64,000 bases of DNA from Bigelowiella natans CCMP2755. Its lineage: Eukaryota > Protista > Cercozoa. The stretch is from positions 1 to 64,000 of the forward strand of contig ADNK01002131.1 in the NCBI GenBank assembly GCA_000320545.1, read 5' to 3'. The position numbers and the translations under genes are program-made. Under the pieces are notes generated by a model. It ran no database searches, had not been told where the DNA came from, and saw only the letters and a list, made by a program, of their open reading frames with translations. Positions 1-11,006 of this stretch are shown here, piece by piece (the first letter of the stretch is position 1; each line of letters opens with the position of its first letter).

Positions 1-1469
1 CACCCACCACATCATCATCATCATCATCCTCATCATCATCGTGATTGCCAGCAGTAGCAGCAAGGCAAAGAAGATCGACATATCTTCAACTAGACATTGC
101 CTCAGACACACACACACACACACACGACGCCTCTCACACCTCACATCACGTATGTCACACATCCCTACTAGCACGGGTAGATCAGGAGGCCACAGAGCAA
201 TTTCTACAGCAGGCTGTTGAGATGGTGATTACCCGTTCCTTTGGCGAGCGGAGGGGCGAGGGCAAATTTGCGGGGGACTCTGCTCTCCTATTGGTGGTCC
301 TGAACGGCGCATCTAGATCACTGCCCTGTCCTCCTTGTCCGTTGTGGCTGTTCAATATTCCCAAGCTATCTTTGCGTCTTTTATCCAGCATTTCTTTGGT
401 CAGGTTCAGTGGTGGTTTATGGCCGGTCTTCGCTTCCTCCCCCTTCTCCTCCTCTCTCCCGCTGCCACGGTCCTCGTCCTTCTTTGTCTTTTCTTCCTTC
501 ATATCTTCACTTGGCACGGCAGTTTCGAGCCGGCGGTTTTGGGAGGGAGTTTCTAGGCCTGGCTCCTCTCTTCCTCCGCTTGCACCAGCTGCTGCCGCTA
601 CCCGCGCCTGAGGGGACTTACTACGCGGTGTGTTTGGGGGGTTGGAAGGATTTCGCGATTGTAGTGTTTTTTGGTTGCTGATCTCCTTGGATGATAGCCT
701 GCTTCTCGCACCACTGCTCGCATAGACTTTGGTCCCCCAGGCTTCGTAAACCTTTGTATGCATATGGTGGGGGGAACATATGAGTTGTTGATAGTGTTGG
801 TGTTGTTGTTGTTGCTGTTGCTGCTGTTCCCATCGTTGTTGCGTCTTGATGGCAAAACTTCGAAGACAGCGTCGTCATCGACTTCCTCAACACCAGAGCA
901 GCGAGTGCTATAATTGTATATTGCCCACTCGTCCCATAGCTGTTAAACTATGCTATTCGATATCACCGTTACTACTACAACTGCTACTGCTAATACTACT
1001 ATTACTACTACTACTACTACGCCTCTTACTACTACTGCTGCTGCGCTACTGCCACGTATACCACACCTGTCGTGACTCTTCCCAGGGAATGAGAGTGTCA
1101 TTGACCGCGTGCATGATGATGGCGGGGACTCTGCAGTGAGCCGCCCCGCTTACGCAATCAAGCTTCTTGATATCGAATTCGGGTATCTGCAAGGATGGGG
1201 AAGGGGAAGAAGAGAGGAAGGAGGCTCTCAGTGCTCTATCTTCCATGGAATATATGCGATGGCCGCCTTTATCGTGAGCCGTGAACGACGTGCAAGCCCT
1301 GTTGTTCTATAACGCCCTGCGCTATGATACGCGCTGCTGTTATATACGACTAATGGTCATAAGTATCAGCACCAAGTACCTGCTTGAGGATGGACTTTCG
1401 TACAATGGGTAGCCCGACACTTGCAAGTCCCCTATTGTGGTAGAGCACGCGATTGAGTGAAAGAGGGAG

Positions 1470-1508
<39 letters not shown>

Positions 1509-1534
1509 CAGATGACTTATTACAAATAAATGTG

Positions 1535-1600
<66 letters not shown>

Positions 1601-1608
1601 TGTTTTGT

Positions 1609-1672
<64 letters not shown>

Positions 1673-4011
1673 ACAATATCTTATATATGAACATAAGTAC
1701 AGAGTAACGTGCCTCTCAGTTTAAGCTCTATTTCGCTTACCTAAGCATAAACTGTGGAACTACGCTCTTGTAATGCTCGATGATGTGGCGGCTAGCGTTC
1801 CACAGGTTGCCAAAGGGACTGTCAGCGACGACGCAGCTTACCACTCGCATAAAACCAACCTTTACATTACATTCATTTTGCCATCACCACTAGGAATCGT
1901 GAGCCTCCATGATGAATAGAGCTACCTTCTTATTGATGGCCTCTCTATCACGGATTTTGGTCGTAAGTTCTTGGACTCGTGTAATTAGCTCCGCCTTTTC
2001 CATGGACCCCAAATCCATCTGAAGAGGGTTCGGTCAGCACACACAAACACACACACACACACACACACGCGCGCGCGCGCAGGTGAAGAAGGGAGGAGAT
2101 AGTAGGACAACAGCGATGGTGAGAAATGAAATAGGGCTCGTCAAATGATAAAGAATGCTGATAAGATAGGGAAAATTGATTGCAGCAGCGCAAGAAAGCT
2201 ACCGAGCGTGCAGCACACGTGCCAGTTCCTACTCTCTTCACTTTGGCTTCGCTGCTGCTATCCGACTCAAACACTGAATATGAAGAAGAATCAGAAGGAA
2301 ACAATAATTTCGAATAATAAAGAATCAAAAGGAAACAATAATTTCGAATAATACTGATGATGATAGAATTAGAGGAGGATGTAAGATACTTTTCTCATAA
2401 GACTCGGTCGGGGACGGTTTCGGGGATTGAATTCCTGATTTGCCGTCTTCCCAGTCCTCCTCTAGCTCCTGAGAAGAAGAAAGGTACTTTGTTTATACAA
2501 CTTCATCTTGTAGTAAGCGTGGCGACAGGTCATGTCATGTTCGCGTCGTTCTCATTTCTACGATGCATTACTAGTATTAGGTTGACAAGCTCGTCAATCC
2601 GCCACTTCCGGTACTCCTCATCACTTGGGGCGGGGGGAGGTGGAATCCATTCGAATGGGTCGCGCGATGCTGCACGAATACATGCCACAGAGCCCATGCT
2701 CCGGCCCCACAACATCACACTTTTGTAGCCCAGCTTCTCAACTAGTTCCTTGACGATGCAACGTACATCATCCTCTTCCCACATTCCCAGCGTGATGTAT
2801 TCACCTTGGAACACATTGCATTGAAGAAGTAAATGAGCATTCGTGCACAATGCATGGATGTCAGTATGCATACACATGTTTGGCGCATGTAAAAATAAGA
2901 GGGGGCCGTATGTGTGTGTGTGTGTGTGTGTTCGAAAGGGAGGGGGGTTAAAGGGGAGGAGGTGGCGAAGATGGCAGTATCAATACTCAAATTTGAGCTT
3001 GAAGCGTATAATCAATGGTGATGGGTGCATAAAACAATCATGCTGGAATCTTCTTCCTGCATTTATTAGAAGAGAGCAATATCACCTTGGGATTTCCCGC
3101 AACCCGCAAAATCAAATACACACAATGCTACTTCCAGCTGCATGCCTGTAGGTTATAAACTGCATGGAAACGGCGTCTTTGTTCTAACCAAATGAAAGGA
3201 TCGAATACATCAAATGCAGATAATTTTCTCTATGTGAAGGGGCATACAGAAAAGGTCTGAATCTTACCAATTTCCCAGACATCTGTTATACCGTCCAATT
3301 TTCCGCCACTCGCACCTATCCAGGATTCATTTCAAACACGGTTCGATTTCCAAGGGGCGTATGCACAGCTGTACCATGGCAGTATAATATGCAGTGGCTC
3401 TTTCCATCACTCCTTCCGACCTGCAATACCGAAACAGTTTAACGCGATTTCCCGAAAAAAAATCATGAACATACCGGTACATAGAGACTGCATTCCAGGT
3501 TCAAGTTCCGGCGATTACGAATCTGCAGGAGCGAAATGTTTATTTTAGTGAGGAACTCGAATTTTTTACTTTGGCAAGGGATACAAGGCAGACTTGTTTG
3601 AAAAAATACCACCTGGAAATCCTCTCTACGAACAATGATTGGATATCCTCTCCATGACGCTAGCTTCTGAAGTCGTGGTCCGAGTGATTTTCTGTCGTAC
3701 TTAGACCTGCACCAGGAGATAGATGCAATTTTTAACACATGAGAAAGGAATCCTATCGAATTAAGGTAACGCGTCCTTGGAAACGTAGTTGAACATCGTT
3801 CACATATCAAGTCTCTTGATACGTTTATCATTCTTTTTTAACACATGGCGAAGGAATTCCATCCAATTGAAGTGAACCACCCATGGGAACGCAGTTGAAA
3901 AACATCCACAAATCGAGTCTTTAGATACGCGTTTATTACACGGAGAACGCCCGTAGCAGGTGCAAAGTACCTTGGGGGGCGGATGAAGAGGCCAGATACG
4001 GCGGCACTCAT
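1..4011 (-). CDS. Multi-exon alpha/beta-hydrolase fold protein (GRSMG serine hydrolase) with long low-complexity C-terminal tail; 3' end runs off the window
   Basis: Exons read manually across GT-AG introns: MSAAVSGLFIRPPR|SKYDRKSLGP...REDFQ|IRNRRNLNLECSLYVP|...CILYCHG|...VFDFAGCGKSQG|EYITLGMWEEDD...LWGRSMGSVA (nucleophile elbow, ~2690-2710), later CRVPAIIMHAVNDTLIP. The start could lie slightly upstream (ATG at ~4102). Confidence 0.85.
1468..1669. repeat. Compound intronic microsatellite (GA)n-(AT)n-(GT)n-(CT)n
   Basis: Directly visible; the (GA)n and (CT)n blocks are mutually complementary. Confidence 0.95.
3729..3940. repeat. Diverged ~106-bp tandem duplication inside a hydrolase intron
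   Basis: Both copies begin TTTTTAACACATG (3729, 3835) and share AAGGAAT, AACGYAGTTGAA and GATACG blocks. Confidence 0.8.
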
Positions 4012-4563
4012 CTTCCTACGTCGTAGCCATTCAAGACTTGATGATCTATGCTGTTCTGTCGTGCGTCAAGATTTTTGGACCGTAAACTTGATAAATTACC
4101 ATGCGTTTCCTATAGATCTAATGCAATGGATAAATATTTCAAGGAAGTTTGAACGACAAAAGTCAACACGTTCGTCCTAAGATCGACAAAAAACGTTGCT
4201 ACTCGTATTTCGGATTTGAAGGATGCGCTGTCAACGCGACAACTACCTGGGACTTCTCGAGACTTCCTAGGACTTCCCCAAGATGTGCAATACTTGAGAC
4301 TTCATCATTTCCATGTCGTAGGGAAAAATTGAGGTGTACATTTTGTTCTGAGCCACACAATCAACCGCTTAAAAATTAGATCTAATATTACCTTGCGACA
4401 AGGATATTTTTGGATGTCGCAGCTTTGAAACACTTCACCACTCCGAGCATACTCCGAAAGAATGTACTTTACCCTCCCTTCCTCTTTCTTGTGTCCTCGA
4501 CCCCTTCGTGATCCACCCAAGGGCCAGGGCCTTCAGAATCTCGCAAACTCTTCCAAAATCGCT

Positions 4564-7500
4564 ATGTTTACATATTGCCATCTTGTTGTTCAATCCTTCT
4601 CATTTACCCCCTCGCTGATTGAAAGGTCCGCGATTCGGTCCTTGCGCACCTGCTCGCAGATTGTCGCGCGCTCTAAGAGAGCTTTCAGCTCTATTGCCGA
4701 TGAAGCCGCGAAGGCCTTGGCAGGTGAATAGATACCCATCTTTAACTTTCATTTTTGTGTGGATTGCTTGTCAAGAAGTCCTTCGGGTTCGTCTTCGTGA
4801 TCGTCTTCGTTTTTTTGCTGTACTTCTCGTGCAGAGAATAAAGAAGGAAAGTTCTCGATTAAGGGAATGGAGCTTACAGGCCGTGCGTCATACTTGGATA
4901 TGCAGGTGCAAAACAGATAAAGATATGTTAGACATACGCGCACAATACTTATATTCACACATGTACATTTGTATTTCACCCATCATGAAAGGCTACAACT
5001 CCAGTGGATCCGCGCGTGCTCGACGCGATGATGCCACTGATGGTGTCCCAATACGGAAATGCACACTCGAGAACACACCACTATGGTTGGGAAGCCGAGG
5101 ATCTAGTTGAGGCTGCAAGAAAGGTGATTCATTTAACTAGAAATATAGGTATCCGATAGTTTTAACCTTCACGACGTGAGCACTACGCTGCACTTCATAC
5201 TATCAATTGAGCAATAATGGACAGCCTTACAATATAATGGTCAAATACTCTGGTGAATAATTCCGTCCCCTCTTTCCCACTTATTCAACTTTTCCATTGC
5301 AAGGATGTTGCCGACCTTGTTGGTGCGAGCCCCCGCGAAATCATCTTCACGTCCGGTGCGACCGAATCTAACAACATGGCGATCAAGGGTGTGGCAAACT
5401 TCTACAAGTCAAAGAAACGTCATGTTCTCACCACTGTTACAGAGCACAAGGTAGTGGTCACTAGCAATGGGAAAAGTAGGAGTGCGGCACACCAGGAAGG
5501 TGGCTTGGTTTCGCAAGGGCCCATCGAGCGTGTATTTTTCGTCCTCTACGGATGTTTTGTCCCTTCCCAGCTCCTTGGGAGAATAGATGTTGTGATAAAC
5601 GAAATTTTGATTTACTCTCACTTAACTCTCACTTAATATATGGTGGTTAATGGTTAGTGTGTTCTCGATTCATGTCGACGCCTTGGCCTGGATGGCTTTG
5701 ACATTACGTGATACGCAATTTGAATAATCACCCGTTTACACACACATACATTCCCAATCTATTTCCCCCTATCCCTTCCCCTTTCTTTATAATTTTTACT
5801 TCGCACTAGTTCGTGTGCCAAATTGTTTGTACCAGGTCCTCCTCCATTATCGTGACTGTTTCCCCCTCCCCCCCCCCCCCTATCTTGACCGTCCCCCTTT
5901 ATCCCACCAGCTACATGCCTGTGATGGCAAATGGTCTCGTAGATCTGGAGAAGTTGGAGTCCGAGATACGGGACGACACCGCCGTCGTGTCTGTGATGAC
6001 TGTTAACAATGAGATTGGGGTACGTGTTCGAACATAAGAGTTCCAACCATCAATGAACAATGCTACAAGACCACATCTACTAGCATCATTCAACCTGCGA
6101 CATTAGCAACATTACCTCTTTCCTTGTCACAGGTTGTTCAGCCTATCAAGGAGATAGGGGAGATCTGCCGGAAAAAGAAAGTTTTCTTTCATACCGATGC
6201 AGCACAGGTGTAACGCTAAAACTCCGCATGACTACTGCCTCTCGTGCCAACTTCTGTATAGTACGTTTCCCTGAGTAGTGGTAGGGCAAGTGTACACGCT
6301 CAAACATTATAATGTTCAGGCGGTGGGTAAAATCCCTATGAATGTGGACGATATGAACATTGATATCATGTCCATCAGCGGCCACAAGGTAGGAATCGTA
6401 GCGGTAGTAGTAAAAAGTAGTATGGTGTCAGTGGTCTAAGATTCGACTCAGGAAGAGGAATCATGAAAATGACGATCATAATGATAATGAAAGTAATGGT
6501 TGCTGTAATTTTATGATATTTGCAACTTTGAAGCACAGACAATTATCGGTTGTTACGCCTGACATTCTTGACCCTATGTTGAATTACTTAACTTCTTTCG
6601 TTCTTCCTTCATCTTCCCTTTCATAGATGTACGGGCCAAAGGGCATCGGGGCAATTTACGTGCGAAGGCGCCCACGTGTGCGAATGGAACCTGTGATTAA
6701 CGGTAATATTTCCTCATTTTACGAACTAAACAAGGCGTAGTCGTGATTAATGGGCAGTGTGTCTCCACAATGTTGCCAGATTGATGGCAGCGTAATATGC
6801 GCCACAGCTAAAGATGTCTCCTGCATCAATCATTCATTCTCTGCATATATGTTCCTGCCTCCCATAACGGCTTTCTCCTTTTTCATTCATCTTCCTCAAC
6901 CTTCAACTAGGTGGGGGTCAAGAAAGGGGTTTGCGATCAGGAACTTTGCCAACAGAATTGTGTGTCGGACTCGGCGCAGCTGCAAGGGTAGTGCTTGTAC
7001 TTAGATAGAAATGCTGATGAGGATGATTAAACCCCTCTCATGTAGCCCTTCCTCCCTTTCAATCCCTCAATCTCCCTTAAGTTGCTTTAACTGTTCTCTA
7101 GATCTTCACACGATGAAATCTCTATGTTTTCCTGATTGTTACTGCGATCTGTATTGTTACTTATGAATAATTTATTCATCATCGTTGTCGTCGTCGTCAT
7201 CATCACTATCAGGTTTGTAAGGAGGAGATGGAAGCAGATCATGAATGGGTGAGCTATCTCAGCAAGCGGCTCTACGATGGAGTCACCTCCGAGGTAAGAC
7301 ACGAGAGACACTCTGAAGGGGAAAACTTGTACTGCTTTTATATCTAATTATTTGCTTCAACAAAATACTACTACTAGCTTGATCATGTGACTCTGAATGG
7401 CGACCCAGAGGCTCGGTATCCCGGCAACCTCAACATCTCCTTTGCTTGCGTGGAGGGGGAAAGCTTACTCATGGTAATAGTATGCACCAGATGATTGCAA

Positions 7501-8301
7501 TTGTAGGAGAGTAGCAATGGTAGTTGTGCAAGGTTGACTTAAGTGGGAACATGTACACTGCCCTTCCTCTAATGATCTTTCAGCTTCATGGTGGAGCCAG
7601 TCTGTAATGTCCTTTTAATATTATTCAGTGAATTTTCTGCCACCTTTTTTTATTCGTCATCGTCACCGTCATCATGGTTGACAGCATTTTCACCAATATC
7701 AACCGTCATCTTCAGGCCTTAAAGGACGTCGCTGTGTCTTCGGGTAGTGCCTGCACAAGTGCCTCTCTGGAGCCATCCTACGTACTCCGTGCGCTCGGAG
7801 TTGAGGTGCGATCAGCTTCCATGGAGAGCAAAAATATCTAGATATTAGGGGTTCTGCCTCAGTTTATGACAAAATAACAATGGAAAATATTTACTTTGTC
7901 AGGAGGACTTGGCGCACACCTCAATTCGTTTTGGACTCGGGAGATTTACCACAGAGGTTGGTCGATATAAGTTGTTGCCGCAGAAATAAAGGATCATTGG
8001 CGTTTTTGGTAGATATAATAATTTAGGAAGGGGAAAAGACACCAAGCGCATGTGATAAAAGAAGAAAACATTATTTTGTTACACATATAATGAATGACTT
8101 ATCAGGAGGAAGTGGACCACGCTGTTGACACTTGTGTGAAACATGTGACCCGTTTGCGCGAAATGAGTCCTCTGGTCAGTGGATAATTCTACCACACTTC
8201 ATCTGATAAAAATACATAAAATAACACCCACACCCACCCAACCACCCATCTCCGCAAATATACAACATTACATGTGTAATATATGAATATAATATATCAA
8301 C

Positions 8302-8356
<55 letters not shown>

Positions 8357-8514
8357 AATCCGTGGTATTGTATGTTATTATTTTACATTCATTGATTGAA
8401 AAAGTAACCCAAGACCCATACATTGATGCTATGCCTTCTCACAATGAGTTATGTTTTCAGTGGGATATGGTCCAAGAAGGAATTGATTTGAAAACAATCC
8501 AATGGACAAACTAA
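4564..8514 (+). CDS. NFS1: Mitochondrial cysteine desulfurase (NFS1/IscS), multi-exon
   Basis: Arg/Ser-rich presequence-like N-terminus; motifs YLDMQ|[46 protein letters not shown]|MYGPKG (PLP lysine), [21 protein letters not shown] (catalytic Cys loop); last exon [17 protein letters not shown] ends at 8514. Start codon approximate. Confidence 0.95.
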
Positions 8515-8870
8515 TTCAAGCTAGACTAGAATCGAATTCGAAATGTAAAAGTTGTGCGACTTATCAATACCTTGCTAGATATATCTTTGTGAGTGGCTGT
8601 TGAATGCAGCAACATCATGCAAAAAACTAAACACCAACCATACAACAAGCCATTCTCAAAATACCAACGTGATGTCGACCAGCAAGTGTTTGGCTCTTGT
8701 GCTTGCTTGGCGGAGCGTACTTGTGCATGCATGGCACAGTTCACTGATGATTGAATGACAGCTAGCTGACGACACGGAATCGAGATCGTATCTGGCCACA
8801 GCTAGACAGCAGCATCGAGCACGGCTAAACGGTCCATGGCGGTACGGCCTAGTGCAGTGTAATGTTGCAC

Positions 8871-9840
8871 ATGCTGGCATGGCACATTTCTGATTCCATG
8901 CTAGCATGTCCATCAGCAGGATGTCCCGAAGCTTCAATTCGTCACATCAAACGCACTTTTGCCCCGCCAGCGCCAGAGCGCACGCAAGGAGCAAAATGTG
9001 GAGCCATCTGAGCACGCAACACCATGCACACATCTAGACATGTTCATCAATCACGTCGTCATTCACGTGATTCATTGCATCCGTCTCACCATGCTGGCAT
9101 GCACATGCGCGTCTGTAGCTAGCTAGCTAGGCATGTTCGGGTGATCTAGAGATCAAGGGGGGCGGAAATGAGGGTTTTGCGGCCAAAGGGGTGTTTTCCG
9201 CGCGAGAAATTTGCGGGTTGCTGCATTGAAGTTTGCAAGTTTCCATTGCAGATTTCACTGAATTTCAGAAAAGTGCTGTGTTTTGGCTTGGTGAAATGCG
9301 GAAATGGCGCAACGCGCCAAGAGAAGCCATTTCCGCAAGTCAGCTTCGGCCGGCGGCGCTCGGCAGGGCCGCAGGGCGCCTGCGATTGCTGTGTCCGCAA
9401 ACCCGCCCCCCTTGAGCTCTGGGGCGCCCGTTCAGTCAAACTGCACGTCACGACGTCTTGCCGTGTCGTTTGTTGGGTGCACATCCGACAAGTGGGTGTC
9501 GCACCCAAAACAGGCTAGCAGCAGGGCGCAGTTCCCAACAGATGACTTGGATGCAATTGTCTGGACGGTGGGGAACCTGACAGATGCACACCAGCTGGCC
9601 AGCTGGAGACCAGCAGCCTGATCCCAGATGTTCACTCTGGCTAGCTAGCTGGCTAGCATTGCCAGCATGCTGGCATGGCCAGCTTGCCAGATTGCACGGT
9701 GAACACTGCTAGACTGTTCACTCCAGCACTGCTGCACCCAAGAGAGAAACTCATGAATCCATCCACCGTGCACCTTGTCCACTGATCTGAGAGGAGGAAC
9801 TTCTGAGACGGTGGCCACCGGAGCTCAAAAGAGACTCAAG

Positions 9841-9893
<53 letters not shown>

Positions 9894-10360
9894 ACGTGTG
9901 TGAGTGTGTGTCGCAATCAGTGAGCCTGGTGCAATGAACAATGAACAATGATGACGAACTGCATTTCCAAAACGTTGCAAGACGTTTGCAGTGTTCACTG
10001 AAGCCAATTTCCAATGAAGCTGCAGGCCGCCTTGGCTTCGATCACTTTAGCATGAATGAATGAATCAATGAACAAATGAATGAATGAAGTGATTCCAATG
10101 GCGCAGTCAAAAGGATCTTGGGATGTGCTGGGACAATGCAGAAGAAACGTTTGCACGGCTAGACGGCAGAGATGACAAGTCTGTTGATTCCACTTGGACC
10201 AGTGTTGATGGAGAGGGAGATTCAAGCAACATTGGCGAGAAGGAGCAAGGCAACAAAGGCATCCCCCAACCCTTGCCACAAGTCCTTTCTTGCTTTCTCC
10301 CAAAGGCCGGGGCAACAATGAATCAAAGGCTGCTCGGCACCCAGAAAACGAGAAAGAACG
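8871..10360. other. TpA-depleted hypermutated tract A
   Basis: Manual count for 8881-10360: about 14 TpA, about 12 of them in CTAG; abundant TG/CA; CpG retained; depletion fades at both edges. Confidence 0.85.
9147..9421. mobile_element. MITE / non-autonomous DNA transposon, ~275 bp, hAT-like TAGAG/CAGAG termini
   Basis: Left end CTAGAGATCAAGGGGGGCGG (9146-9165) versus reverse complement of right end CCAGAGCTCAAGGGGGGCGG (9403-9422): 18/20 match. Flanking 8-mers GGGTGATC/GGGCGCCC are at best a degenerate target-site duplication. Confidence 0.7.
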
Positions 10361-11006
10361 GCTACGATTGGACTCATTTCATGGGACATCTTACCAAGAT
10401 GATCATCAGACACCTGATGTGAGAACAAGTGATTCATGTTTGCGGAGATGATTGATGTGAGCACTGTAGCTATGAAGTTTCGCAGTGATAATTTGGCCAC
10501 AGCAATGCACCAGTAAATCAAATTGAACGAGCAGCGATACCGTAGCATTGTCGCCTTCGGTAGTAAAGAGATTTCTCAAAATTGTGTGTTTGTTCTCTCT
10601 ACGGGGATAATTTGCTGTCAGAAGAAATCATGAGAAAATATCGCGAAAAAGAACGATTCTCCTTTTTGTTGCTCTAGATGATGAAAATATTCTACGACAA
10701 GAAAATTTTTTGTCGCAAGAAAGATTTGGATATTTTTGCCTTCTGTCGCACCTCGCGCAATTAAAATAAAAAATCGACCCTTTAACCTGCTCGCGGAAGG
10801 TGCTTCCCCACCCCCTTCTGGCTTAGCCGATGCGGACAGAACTCTCATTTGCCTACATAATATCTTCGTGCGGATCAATACTCATTCCCACCTTTTTTGC
10901 AAAATTTGGCCTAAATTTTGCAGTGCTTGTAATTCGGCATTGCTTTCATAACCTTCTTGCCATCCTAGGTCGCCGCAACTGCAAGGAAACTCGCCCCACT
11001 GTACTC

